Shown here: positions 19,210 to 27,895 of the stretch, one piece after another
Position numbering within the stretch: the first letter of the stretch is position 1
How the letters are laid out: each line of letters starts with the position of its first letter
NCBI RefSeq assembly: GCF_016127575.1
Contig: NZ_CP066018.1
Span: 2,610,001-2,642,000 of the forward strand
DNA: 32,000 nt
Source of the DNA: Cupriavidus necator
GTDB taxonomy: Bacteria; Pseudomonadota; Gammaproteobacteria; Burkholderiales; Burkholderiaceae
Direction of reading: 5' to 3'
Position numbers and translations under genes: made by a program
Notes under the pieces: model-generated
What the model was told of the DNA's origin: nothing
Database searches by the model: none
The model's input: only the letters and a program-made list of their open reading frames with translations

Positions 19210-19989
19210 TCAGCGCGCCTGCAGGATGGTTTCGATGCGGGCGGCGGCCTCGCGCAGCGGCCCCAGGAAGCGCGTCTCCAGCTGGGCCTGGTCGCGGCTG
19301 CCCAGCACCATGCTGAAGCCCAGCCCGGCCACCGGCTTGCCGGCCTGGTCGCGCAACGGCACCGAGATCCCGGCGTAGCCGTCCACCAGCTCGCTCACCA
19401 GCACACAGTAGCCGTCGGTGCGCACCTGCCGCAGCGTGCGCGCCAGCGCCGTGCGCGAGCTGACCGTGAACGGCGTCAGCTTGCGCAGCGTGGCGCCTGC
19501 CAGGTAGGCCTCGAGCGCGTCATCGTCCAGGCCGGCCAGCAGCACGCGGCCAAGCGAATGCGCATAGGCCGGCATGCGCCGTCCCAGCGCCATGTCCACG
19601 CGCAGCAGCTGGCGCGGCTCCTCGCGCGCCACCAGCACCACGGATTCCGCATCGAGCACGCCCACCGAGCAGCTTTCGCCCAGGGACTCGCACAGCCCCT
19701 GCAGGTAGGGCCGCGCCACCTGCGGCAGGCTCATCGAGGCAAAGTAGGCATAGCCGAGCTCTATCACCCGCGGCGTCAGCGCAAAGTGGCGGCCGTCCTG
19801 CGCCACGTAGCCGTTGTGCTCCAGGGTCAGCAGCAGCCGGCGCGCGGCGGCGCGGGTCACGTCGAGCTGCTCGGCGACGTCCTGCATGGTCAGGCGTTCC
19901 GCGCCGCCGGCGAACAGGCGCAGCAGCGCCAGGCCCTTGCTCAGCGATTCCAGCAGTTCGTCTTTCTTGGCGGCTTCGGCTTGCGGCAT
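19210..19989 (-). CDS. IclR-family transcriptional regulator (PcaR/PobR-like)
   Basis: 259 aa with an N-terminal wHTH (LESLSKGLALLRLF...LTMQDVAEQLDVTRAAARRLLLTLEHNGYV) and a C-terminal IclR effector domain. Confidence 0.92.
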   Translation of the reverse strand: MPQAEAAKKDELLESLSKGLALLRLFAGGAERLTMQDVAEQLDVTRAAARRLLLTLEHNGYVAQDGRHFALTPRVIELGYAYFASMSLPQVARPYLQGLCESLGESCSVGVLDAESVVLVAREEPRQLLRVDMALGRRMPAYAHSLGRVLLAGLDDDALEAYLAGATLRKLTPFTVSSRTALARTLRQVRTDGYCVLVSELVDGYAGISVPLRDQAGKPVAGLGFSMVLGSRDQAQLETRFLGPLREAAARIETILQAR

Positions 19990-20048
19990 TTCGGCTTAAT
20001 ACGGGGAAATGAAGGGGAGATCATATGGTTCTCCATGCCGCGCCGGAC

Positions 20049-20078
20049 TTGCGCCAGCGGCCGGCATGTCCGTATGAT
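20049..20078 (+). promoter_or_regulatory. Candidate sigma-70 promoter of the CoA-transferase gene
   Basis: TTGCGC (20049-20054), an 18-nt spacer, then TATGAT (20073-20078), about 90 nt upstream of the ATG at 20170. Confidence 0.4.
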
Positions 20079-20082
20079 AGCG

Positions 20083-20106
20083 TTTTCCGAACAAATGTTC
20101 GCAAAA
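20083..20106. promoter_or_regulatory. Palindromic operator, probable IclR-regulator binding site
   Basis: ttttcCGAACA-aa-TGTTCGcaaaa is an 11-2-11 inverted repeat with one mismatch, immediately downstream of the candidate -10. The GTTCG half-site recalls the PcaR box GTTCGATAATCGCAC (from memory). Confidence 0.45.
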
Positions 20107-20169
20107 CAAAATTCACGGAAAAACGTGCCGCCACCGATGCGGGACGGCACAACGAAACCGGAGACAGCA

Positions 20170-21798
20170 ATGAAGGTGATCACCGCACGCGAAGCGGCGG
20201 CACTGGTGCAGGACGGCTGGACCGTGGCCAGCGCGGGCTTTGTCGGCGCCGGCCATGCCGAGGCCGTGACCGAGGCGCTGGAGCAGCGCTTCCTGCAGAG
20301 CGGGCTGCCGCGCGACCTGACGCTGGTGTACTCGGCCGGGCAGGGCGACCGCGGCGCGCGCGGCGTGAACCACTTCGGCAATGCCGGCATGACCGCCAGC
20401 ATCGTCGGCGGCCACTGGCGCTCGGCCACGCGGCTGGCCACGCTGGCCATGGCCGAGCAGTGCGAGGGCTACAACCTGCCGCAGGGCGTGCTGACGCACC
20501 TATACCGCGCCATCGCCGGCGGCAAGCCCGGCGTGATGACCAAGATCGGCCTGCACACCTTCGTCGACCCGCGCACCGCGCAGGATGCGCGCTACCACGG
20601 CGGCGCCGTCAACGAGCGCGCGCGCCAGGCCATTGCCGAGGGCAAGGCATGCTGGGTCGATGCGGTCGACTTCCGCGGCGACGAATACCTGTTCTACCCG
20701 AGCTTCCCGATCCACTGCGCGCTGATCCGCTGCACCGCGGCCGACGCCCGCGGCAACCTCAGCACCCATCGCGAAGCCTTCCACCATGAGCTGCTGGCGA
20801 TGGCGCAGGCGGCCCACAACTCGGGCGGCATCGTGATCGCGCAGGTGGAAAGCCTGGTCGACCACCACGAGATCCTGCAGGCCATCCACGTGCCCGGCAT
20901 CCTGGTCGACTACGTGGTGGTCTGCGACAACCCCGCCAACCACCAGATGACGTTTGCCGAGTCCTACAACCCGGCCTACGTGACGCCATGGCAAGGCGAG
21001 GCAGCGGTGGCCGAAGCGGAAGCGGCGCCGGTGGCTGCCGGCCCGCTCGACGCGCGCACCATCGTGCAGCGCCGTGCGGTGATGGAACTGGCGCGCCGTG
21101 CGCCGCGCGTGGTCAACCTGGGCGTGGGCATGCCGGCAGCGGTCGGCATGCTGGCGCACCAGGCCGGGCTGGACGGCTTCACGCTGACCGTCGAGGCCGG
21201 CCCCATCGGCGGCACGCCCGCGGATGGCCTCAGCTTCGGTGCCTCGGCCTACCCGGAGGCGGTGGTGGATCAGCCCGCGCAGTTCGATTTCTACGAGGGC
21301 GGCGGCATCGACCTGGCCATCCTCGGCCTGGCCGAGCTGGATGGCCACGGCAACGTCAATGTCAGCAAGTTCGGCGAAGGCGAGGGCGCATCGATTGCCG
21401 GCGTCGGCGGCTTTATCAACATCACGCAGAGCGCGCGCGCGGTGGTGTTCATGGGCACGCTGACGGCGGGCGGGCTGGAAGTCCGCGCCGGCGACGGCGG
21501 CCTGCAGATCGTGCGCGAAGGCCGCGTGAAGAAGATCGTGCCTGAGGTGTCGCACCTGAGCTTCAACGGGCCCTATGTGGCGTCGCTCGGCATCCCGGTG
21601 CTGTACATCACCGAGCGCGCGGTGTTCGAGATGCGCGCTGGCGCAGACGGCGAAGCCCGCCTCACGCTGGTCGAGATCGCCCCCGGCGTGGACCTGCAGC
21701 GCGACGTGCTCGACCAGTGCTCGACGCCCATCGCCGTTGCGCAGGACCTGCGCGAAATGGATGCGCGGCTGTTCCAGGCCGGGCCCCTGCACCTGTAA
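20170..21798 (+). CDS. Acyl-CoA:acetate/3-ketoacid CoA-transferase, fused alpha-beta family-I enzyme (YdiF-like)
   Basis: 542 aa beginning MKVITAREAAALVQDGWTVASAGFVGAGHAE, with a GGAGA SD 6 nt upstream. The beta-half has NLGVGMP and the catalytic-Glu region TVEAGPIGG. The first 369 codons of the 911-aa track ORF are antisense to the IclR gene. Confidence 0.9.
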   Translation: MKVITAREAAALVQDGWTVASAGFVGAGHAEAVTEALEQRFLQSGLPRDLTLVYSAGQGDRGARGVNHFGNAGMTASIVGGHWRSATRLATLAMAEQCEGYNLPQGVLTHLYRAIAGGKPGVMTKIGLHTFVDPRTAQDARYHGGAVNERARQAIAEGKACWVDAVDFRGDEYLFYPSFPIHCALIRCTAADARGNLSTHREAFHHELLAMAQAAHNSGGIVIAQVESLVDHHEILQAIHVPGILVDYVVVCDNPANHQMTFAESYNPAYVTPWQGEAAVAEAEAAPVAAGPLDARTIVQRRAVMELARRAPRVVNLGVGMPAAVGMLAHQAGLDGFTLTVEAGPIGGTPADGLSFGASAYPEAVVDQPAQFDFYEGGGIDLAILGLAELDGHGNVNVSKFGEGEGASIAGVGGFINITQSARAVVFMGTLTAGGLEVRAGDGGLQIVREGRVKKIVPEVSHLSFNGPYVASLGIPVLYITERAVFEMRAGADGEARLTLVEIAPGVDLQRDVLDQCSTPIAVAQDLREMDARLFQAGPLHL

Positions 21799-21950
21799 TC
21801 CTGTCATTCGCGGCCGGCCGGGCAAGCACCGCCGCCATATGCATCAGTCAGACGGGCCGGCCATGACCGGTTCGCGAGGAGGCTCGCCACGATCTGTCAT
21901 GACATTACTGAACCGCTGTCGCTTCATCCCGGCGCGGCACTGAGCCGCGC

Positions 21951-22097
21951 TCAGGCGGGCTGCTGCCCTTGCGCCTGGCTGGCCGGCAGCGCCGGCAAGG
22001 GCAGCGCCGGCTGGCAGGCGGCCGCGGCCAGGCCAAGGAACTGGCTGGAGGTGCGCAGGAACTGCTGGCAGGTCTGGCGGAAAAGCTCGAAGTCCAT
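21951..22097 (-). CDS. Hypothetical small protein (48 aa), speculative
   Basis: MDFELFRQTCQQFLRTSSQFLGLAAAACQPALPLPALPASQAQGQQPA*. About 94% of third codon positions are G/C, the genome-typical coding signature in this frame. The SD is weak, there is no recognisable family, and a GC hairpin gcgcggc/gccgcgc (21932-21950) directly follows the stop. Confidence 0.3.
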   Translation of the reverse strand: MDFELFRQTCQQFLRTSSQFLGLAAAACQPALPLPALPASQAQGQQPA

Positions 22098-22260
22098 GTA
22101 GGTCTCGGTGAGTTGGGGTGGCGCGGTCCGGCCGTGGCCGCCGCGCCGCCGGCATCTTGCGTGGTGGATATGACAGTTTCTTGAAATCCCGCCAGCCTGT
22201 GCCGCCATCTGTCGCGCCAGTCGCACGGCGCTGCCAGAATGCCCACTGTGCTGGCAGAGG

Positions 22261-22269
22261 TGCTAAAAT
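22261..22269 (+). promoter_or_regulatory. Candidate extended -10 promoter (TGcTAAAAT) of rhlE
   Basis: ggTGCTAAAATgt lies about 147 nt upstream of the ATG at 22416. It would give a long structured leader; for example ggcc-aa-atgctg (22289-22300) pairs with cagcat-ggcc (22305-22314). Confidence 0.3.
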
Positions 22270-22415
22270 GTAAGTCTTTGATTCTCTTGGCCAAATGCTG
22301 CAGCCAGCATGGCCGTGCCGGAACCCTCCCGGCGCCAGGCGAGAGTCAGGGCGAGATGAGTTCCAGACGCGTATCCGTTTGTGCCGGGTTCGCCTCCCGC
22401 CAGACACCGATACCC

Positions 22416-23918
22416 ATGACCACTACGAACGCACCAGAAGCCACTACCGCGGGGCAGACCGCCGTGCAGACATTCGACAGCTTTGGCCTGGACGCGCGCA
22501 TCCTGCGCGCCTTGTCCGAGCAGGGCTACACCACGCCCACCCCGATCCAGGCACAGGCCATCCCGGTCGTGCTGATAGGCAAGGACATGATGGGCGCCGC
22601 GCAGACCGGCACCGGCAAGACCGCGGGCTTCGCGCTGCCGATCATCCAGCGCCTGCTGCCGCTGGCCAATGCCAGCGCCTCGCCGGCGCGCCACCCGGTG
22701 CGCGCGCTGATGCTGACCCCCACGCGCGAACTGGCCGACCAGGTCTATGACAACGTCGCGCGCTACGCCAAGCACACCGACCTGCGCAGCACCGTGGTGT
22801 TCGGCGGCGTCGACATGAACCCGCAGACCGACGCCCTGCGCCGCGGCGTGGAGATCCTGGTGGCAACGCCCGGCCGCCTGCTGGACCACGTGCAGCAGAA
22901 GTCGGTCAACCTGTCGCAGGTGCAGATGCTGGTGCTGGACGAAGCCGACCGCATGCTCGACATGGGCTTCCTGCCGGACCTGCAGCGCATCATCAACCTG
23001 CTGCCGGCGCATCGCCAGACGCTGCTGTTCTCGGCTACGTTCTCGCCGGAAATCAAGCGGCTTGCCTCCAGCTACCTGAAGCACCCGGTCACGATCGAAG
23101 TGGCACGCAGCAACTCGACCAACGAGAACGTGCGCCAGATGGTGTACCTGGTCGAAGACGGCCACAAGCAGGCGGCGGTTGTGCACCTGCTCAAGCAGCG
23201 CGCCGAGCAGGGGCTGTCGCGCCAGTGCATCGTCTTCGTCAACAGCAAGATCGGCTGCTCGCGCCTGGCGCGCCATTTGGAGCGCGAGGGCATCAACGCC
23301 GCCGCCATCCACGGCGACAAGACCCAGACCGAGCGCATGCAGACGCTGGAAGGGTTCAAGAGCGGCACCATCGACGCGCTGGTCGCCACCGACGTGGCCG
23401 CGCGCGGGCTGGATATTCCCGACATGCCGTGCGTGGTCAACTTCGACGTGCCGTACAGTGCCGAAGACTATGTGCACCGCATCGGCCGTACCGGCCGGGC
23501 CGGCGCCAGCGGCGATGCGCTGTCGATCTACGTGCCGGGCAATGACGAGCGCCTGCTGTCCGATATCGAGAAGCTGATCAAGCGCAGCATCCCGCGCGGC
23601 AAGCTGGAAGGCTTCGACCCGACCGGCGAGCGCGCCCGCCAGGGCGATACCGAGCGCCGCCGCGAGCGTAGCGACGTGCGTCGCGCGCGCGGCAACGGCG
23701 AGGGCGAAGAGCGTCCGCGCCGCCACGAGCACAGCGCCAACCGCCAGGTGTTCCGTGCCTCGGATGATCCGTTCTTCTCGCGCCCGTACGAGCCCAGCGC
23801 CGCCAGCGTCGCCCAGGCCACGGCGGCCGATGAAGTGGCTGCCGCGCTGAGCCGCGGCCGCCAGGCGCCCAAGCGGCCGGTGGCTGCCCTGCTGGGCGGC
23901 GTGCCGCGCAAGTCCTGA
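22416..23918 (+). CDS. rhlE: ATP-dependent DEAD-box RNA helicase
   Basis: It has the Q motif (FDSFGLDARILRAL..GYTTPTPIQ), motifs I (AQTGTGKT), Ia (PTRELA), II (DEAD), III (SAT) and VI (HRIGRTGRAG), and an Arg/Glu-rich C-terminal tail. The start could alternatively be the ATG at 22356. Confidence 0.93.
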   Translation: MTTTNAPEATTAGQTAVQTFDSFGLDARILRALSEQGYTTPTPIQAQAIPVVLIGKDMMGAAQTGTGKTAGFALPIIQRLLPLANASASPARHPVRALMLTPTRELADQVYDNVARYAKHTDLRSTVVFGGVDMNPQTDALRRGVEILVATPGRLLDHVQQKSVNLSQVQMLVLDEADRMLDMGFLPDLQRIINLLPAHRQTLLFSATFSPEIKRLASSYLKHPVTIEVARSNSTNENVRQMVYLVEDGHKQAAVVHLLKQRAEQGLSRQCIVFVNSKIGCSRLARHLEREGINAAAIHGDKTQTERMQTLEGFKSGTIDALVATDVAARGLDIPDMPCVVNFDVPYSAEDYVHRIGRTGRAGASGDALSIYVPGNDERLLSDIEKLIKRSIPRGKLEGFDPTGERARQGDTERRRERSDVRRARGNGEGEERPRRHEHSANRQVFRASDDPFFSRPYEPSAASVAQATAADEVAAALSRGRQAPKRPVAALLGGVPRKS

Positions 23919-23938
23919 TCTGATCCTGCCGTAGCTGA

Positions 23939-23970
23939 AAATGGCCCGCCTGCGCGGGCCATTTGCTTTT
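23939..23970. terminator. Bidirectional intrinsic terminator between convergent rhlE and gluQ
   Basis: Perfect 11-bp stem aaatggcccgc (23939-23949) / gcgggccattt (23954-23964) with loop ctgc, followed by GCTTTT; there is an A-run on the 5' side. Confidence 0.8.
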
Positions 23971-23980
23971 GGGGGGGGCG

Positions 23981-24913
23981 CTATCCGTGCGGGGGTCGCG
24001 GCAGATCGGCCAGCAACTGGCGCCACCCGTCGGTGGCGCGCGCAAGCCAGTCCTTCACATTTTCCGCGCGGTTCGACAGCCCCAGGTGAGTGCCGGCTTC
24101 GCGCAGCGCGTCCAGCGGTGCGGTGGTGTCGATTGCCTGCGCACCGCTTTGCTTGCTCAGCTTCTCGCCGGTTTCGTTGACCACCACTGGCACGTGCAGG
24201 TACGCCGGCGTGGGCAGGCCCAGCAGGTGCTGCAGGTGGATCTGGCGCGGCGTGGAGTCGAGCAGGTCGGCGCCGCGCACGATATGCGTGATGCCCTGCA
24301 AGCCGTCATCCACCACTACCGCCAGTTGATACGCCCACAGCCCGTCCGCGCGGCGCAGCACGAAGTCGCCCAGCTCGGTTTCCAGGTCCTGGCACTGGCG
24401 GCCCTGCCAGCGGTCGTCGAAGCACAGGGTGGCGGCCGGGCCGTCCGGCACGCGCACGCGCCAGGCGCGCGGCAGCTTGCCGTTCAGGCCGTGGCGGCAG
24501 GTGCCGGGATAGCCCAGGGTCTGGTGCCGCTCGCGCACGTGCACCAGTGAGTCGGCGATCTCCTTGCGCGAACAGCCGCACGGGTAGAGCTGCCCGGCGG
24601 CGTCGAGGCGGCGCAGCGCATCGGCATAGAACGGCTCACGCCGGCTCTGCCATACCGGCGGCTCGTCCGGCGCCATGCCCAGGCGTTCCAGCGTGAGCAG
24701 GATGTCGTCGTCCGCGCCGCGCACGCAGCGCGGCATGTCGATGTCCTCGATGCGCACCAGCCACTGGCCGCCGTGCGCGCGCGCGTCCAGCCAGCTCGCC
24801 AGCGCGGTGACCAGCGAGCCCATATGCAGCGGCCCGGTGGGCGAGGGGGCGAAGCGGCCGCGATAGCCGGTCGCGGCAACCGTCGTTGCTGCCGTCGTTG
24901 CTGTCACTGCCAT
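23981..24913 (-). CDS. gluQ: tRNA glutamyl-Q(34) synthetase (GluQRS/YadB)
   Basis: 310 aa from the ATG at 24913. [18 protein letters not shown] (HIGH-like), RIEDID and GEKLSKQSG (KMSKS-like) are present. It is a truncated GluRS paralogue with no anticodon-binding domain. Confidence 0.9.
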   Translation of the reverse strand: MAVTATTAATTVAATGYRGRFAPSPTGPLHMGSLVTALASWLDARAHGGQWLVRIEDIDMPRCVRGADDDILLTLERLGMAPDEPPVWQSRREPFYADALRRLDAAGQLYPCGCSRKEIADSLVHVRERHQTLGYPGTCRHGLNGKLPRAWRVRVPDGPAATLCFDDRWQGRQCQDLETELGDFVLRRADGLWAYQLAVVVDDGLQGITHIVRGADLLDSTPRQIHLQHLLGLPTPAYLHVPVVVNETGEKLSKQSGAQAIDTTAPLDALREAGTHLGLSNRAENVKDWLARATDGWRQLLADLPRPPHG

Positions 24914-24924
24914 GAGACCTGCCC

Positions 24925-25845
24925 TCAGCCGGCGAAGTCGGGTTGCTGCAGCAGTGCCTGCGCCAGGCGCGGGTCTTCCAGCTTGCTGGCCCACCACTGC
25001 AGCGCCTTGCCGCGGTTGCTGGTGCGCCAGGCTACCTTGAAGTTGCCGGGCGCGCGCACCTCGACGGTCTCGCGCGCCTGCAGCACGCCGCTTTCGATAT
25101 GGGGTTGCGCCATCGGCGCCGGCAGCCAGCCGCAGCCCAGCCCACGGATCTGTGCCTCGAGCTTGTCGCGCATGGTGGGCACCACCAGCACGTCTTGCCC
25201 GGCCAGCACGCCATGGGTACGCGCCGGCAGGTTGCGCGAGGTGTCGCCCACCGCGACGATGCGGTGCCTGGCGATCTGGATGGTGGTGAGCGGGCCTTCC
25301 TCGGTGGCCAGCGGATGGTGCGCGGCAACCGCGAACACGAACGGCATCGAGCCCAGTGGCCGGATCTGGAAGCCCTGCGTGCTGGGCGCATCGTAGGCGC
25401 CGCCGATCACCAGGTCGGCGCGGTTGTTGACCAGCGCATCCCAGGCGCCGCCCAGCACTTCCTTGGAAAAGCGCAGCCGGGTGGCGGTGTTCTCGGCGTA
25501 GAAGTCGTGGATCACCGGCAGCAGCGCGCGGAAGTTGATCAGGTCGTCGACCACGATGGTGAGGGTAGCCTCCCAGCCGGTGGCCAGGCGCTTGACGCGC
25601 CGTGCCAGGTCATCGGCGGCATGCAGCAGGTGGCGGCCCTCATCGAGCAGGGCGCGTCCGGCCGGCGTCAGCTCGGCGCGGTGGCGGCGCCGGTCGAACA
25701 GCAGCACGTCCAGGTCTTCTTCCAGCTTGCGCACCACGTAGGTCAGCGCGGAAGGGACCTTGCCCATCTCGTGGGCGGCGGCGGCAAAGCTGCCCTTGCG
25801 TTCGATGGCGTCGAGGACTTCGAGGGATTCTAGCGAGAGGGCCAT
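24925..25845 (-). CDS. LysR-family transcriptional regulator
   Basis: [53 protein letters not shown] is a typical LysR wHTH. The start at 25845 sits inside the longer track ORF. The stop TGA lies 11 nt before the gluQ ATG and inside its SD (ggcTGAGGGcaggtctcATG). Confidence 0.9.
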   Translation of the reverse strand: MALSLESLEVLDAIERKGSFAAAAHEMGKVPSALTYVVRKLEEDLDVLLFDRRRHRAELTPAGRALLDEGRHLLHAADDLARRVKRLATGWEATLTIVVDDLINFRALLPVIHDFYAENTATRLRFSKEVLGGAWDALVNNRADLVIGGAYDAPSTQGFQIRPLGSMPFVFAVAAHHPLATEEGPLTTIQIARHRIVAVGDTSRNLPARTHGVLAGQDVLVVPTMRDKLEAQIRGLGCGWLPAPMAQPHIESGVLQARETVEVRAPGNFKVAWRTSNRGKALQWWASKLEDPRLAQALLQQPDFAG

Positions 25846-25846
25846 G

Positions 25847-25861
25847 TTCAGAAATTCTGAA
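25847..25861. promoter_or_regulatory. Perfect 15-bp palindrome (T-N11-A type), probable LysR operator in the LysR/pirin divergent region
   Basis: TTCAGAA-A-TTCTGAA begins 2 nt from the LysR start codon and lies 137 nt upstream of the pirin ATG. Confidence 0.5.
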
Positions 25862-25997
25862 TGACTGCTTCTAAGTCGATCCCCGTAAATATACGCCTCA
25901 AGCCCTAAACTTCCTAGCATCAAAGCGAAAACGTATGCCGCGACACGGTTACCAAGCCAGTGCTTGCGGGCAAACAGGCTCAAGGAGGGCCATCAAA

Positions 25998-26696
25998 ATG
26001 ATTGAAATCAGAAAGTCTGCAGAGCGTGGTTACGCCGATCATGGCTGGCTGAAGTCCTTTCATTCGTTCTCGTTCGCCGACTACTATGACCCGCGGCATG
26101 TGCAGTTTGGGCCACTGCGAGTGATCAACGAGGACCGCGTCGCGCCGGGCATGGGCTTTGGCACGCACGGCCACCGCGACATGGAGATCATCAGCTACGT
26201 GCTTGAGGGCGAACTGGCCCACAAGGACAGCATCGGCAACGGCAGCGTGATCCGCCCTGGCGATGTGCAGCGCATGAGCGCCGGCACCGGCGTGCGCCAT
26301 TCGGAGTACAACCACGCCGCGCACGACACCACCCACTTCCTGCAGATCTGGATCATGCCGGCCGAGAACGGCATCGAGCCCGGCTACGAGGAAAAGCATT
26401 TCGACGCAGCCGACAAGCGTGGCAAGCTGCGCCTGGTGGCCAGCGCCGATGGTGCCGAGGGCTCGGTGGTGGTCCACCAGGACGTGCGCCTGTACGCCGG
26501 CCTGTTCGATGGCGACGAGGCTGCCACGCTGGCGCTTGCGCCGGGCCGCCGCGCCTATATCCACGTGGCGCGCGGTCGGGTGACGGTCAACGGCAAGGCG
26601 CTTGAAGCCGGCGACGCGGCGAAGCTGGAAGCCGAGGGCGAGGTCGCGCTGTCCGGCGGCGATGGCGCCGAAGTGCTGGTGTTCGACCTGTCCTGA
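25998..26696 (+). CDS. Pirin-family protein (bicupin)
   Basis: MIEIRKSAERGYADHGWLKSFHSFSFADYYDPRHVQFGPLRVINEDRVAPGMGFGTHGHRDMEIISYVLEGELAHKDS is the canonical pirin N-terminal cupin. An AGGAGG SD lies 9 nt upstream. Confidence 0.93.
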   Translation: MIEIRKSAERGYADHGWLKSFHSFSFADYYDPRHVQFGPLRVINEDRVAPGMGFGTHGHRDMEIISYVLEGELAHKDSIGNGSVIRPGDVQRMSAGTGVRHSEYNHAAHDTTHFLQIWIMPAENGIEPGYEEKHFDAADKRGKLRLVASADGAEGSVVVHQDVRLYAGLFDGDEAATLALAPGRRAYIHVARGRVTVNGKALEAGDAAKLEAEGEVALSGGDGAEVLVFDLS

Positions 26697-26720
26697 GCAT
26701 CGTTCATTGCCGCATGCGAG

Positions 26721-26749
26721 AGCCCGCCTTCGGCGGGCTTTTGCTTTTT
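26721..26749 (+). terminator. Intrinsic terminator after pirin
   Basis: agcccgcc (26721-26728) / ggcgggct (26733-26740) with a ttcg tetraloop, followed by TTTTGCTTTTT. Confidence 0.8.
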
Positions 26750-26874
26750 GCATTGCGCGCCGGGCTCCGGCAGGTACCGCTGTGCTATCTTCTCGCTATG
26801 CATTGCGCCTGCGCCGGCACATCGCCGGCAAGCCCGGAAGGGCCAGGCGTGCCCTTGGAACACCCCGTACCAAG

Positions 26875-27870
26875 ATGACCTTTGTTTCCATTCTCCTGGC
26901 GCTGATCGCTGAACAATTCCGCGCCCTGGGCCGCAACAACCCGATCCACGAGATCGTGCGCGCACTCGGCGACCGCGCGGAACACGCCTTCGACACCGGC
27001 CGCCCGCGCGATGCCGCGCTGGCCTGGCTGACCGTGGTCCTGCCGCTGACCCTGGCGGTGATCGTGGTGCACTACCTGCTGGCCTCGATCAGCGTGGCGC
27101 TGACGCTCGCCTGGAATGTGCTGGTGCTGTACATGACGCTGGGCTTTCGCCAGTTCAGCCACTACTTCACCGACATCCACGAGGCCCTCAACCGCGATGA
27201 CGTCCATACCGCGCGCACGCTGCTGCACGAGTGGACCGGCCTGGACACCGTCGAGATGCCGGTCTCCGAGATCGTGCGGCACACGCTGGAGGCGGCCATC
27301 ATCGCCGTGCACCGGCATGTGTTCGGCGTGTTCTTCTGGTTCCTGGTGCCGGTCGGCCCCGGCGGGGTGGTGCTGTACCGCACCGCCGAATACCTGAGCC
27401 GCCACTGGAACCAGCCCTCGACCGAGCGCAGCCCCGCGCTGGGCCGCTTTGCGGCGCGCGCCTTCTATTTGCTGGACTGGATTCCGTCGCGGCTGACGGC
27501 GATCGGCTTTGCCATCGTCGGCAACTTCGAGGACGCGGTCTACGCCTGGCGCAACCATGCGCGCAAGTGGAACGATGCCGTCAACGGCATCCTGCTTGCC
27601 AGTGGGGGCGGGGCGCTGGGCGTGCGCCTGGGCACGCCGCTGGCCGAGGATGATTCCACCGTGGTGCTGCGCGCCAGCGTGGCTGGCCCGGCCGTGGACT
27701 ATGCGCCCGGCATGGAAGAGGAAAACGGCGGCCCGGAACCGGTGCCGCCCGAATTCGGCACCGAGCCCGGCGTGCGCACGCTGCAGTCGGCCGTGGGCCT
27801 GGTATGGCGCGCGGTGGTGCTGTGGATGCTGCTGCTGGCGATGCTGTCGCTGGCGCTCTGGGTCGGCTGA
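26875..27870 (+). CDS. CobD/CbiB-family (AmpE-like) integral membrane protein
   Basis: 331 aa. MTFVSILLALIAEQF..., several hydrophobic segments and the LDWIPSRLTAIGFAIVGNFEDA region resemble the CobD/CbiB-AmpE family as I recall it. There is no cobalamin gene context here. Confidence 0.75.
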   Translation: MTFVSILLALIAEQFRALGRNNPIHEIVRALGDRAEHAFDTGRPRDAALAWLTVVLPLTLAVIVVHYLLASISVALTLAWNVLVLYMTLGFRQFSHYFTDIHEALNRDDVHTARTLLHEWTGLDTVEMPVSEIVRHTLEAAIIAVHRHVFGVFFWFLVPVGPGGVVLYRTAEYLSRHWNQPSTERSPALGRFAARAFYLLDWIPSRLTAIGFAIVGNFEDAVYAWRNHARKWNDAVNGILLASGGGALGVRLGTPLAEDDSTVVLRASVAGPAVDYAPGMEEENGGPEPVPPEFGTEPGVRTLQSAVGLVWRAVVLWMLLLAMLSLALWVG

Positions 27871-27895
27871 CCAGCGTCAAAAAGGGGGCGGCGCG

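Noticed and set aside
19063-21798. 911-aa ORF read as a single large protein
   Set aside because: Its first 369 codons are antisense to the well-supported IclR gene and look non-protein-like. The genuine CoA-transferase starts at ATG 20170, which has a GGAGA SD.
23971-23978. G8 homopolymer tract next to the gluQ stop codon as a phase-variation switch
   Set aside because: It is intergenic, lying between the terminator and the gluQ stop, so slippage would not change any reading frame or an obvious promoter spacer.
22263-24026. 587-aa minus ORF opposite rhlE, and similar long shadows: 29209..30654 (+), 20500..21825 (-), 5597..6727 (+), 6678..7763 (-), 14545..15630 (+), 24943..25833 (+), 25980..26753 (-), 26785..27558 (-), 27509..29257 (+)
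   Set aside because: Each lies antisense to, or out of frame with, a gene that has clear family motifs. The translations are dominated by R, A, G, H, Q and V runs. None has an independent ribosome-binding site that I could see.
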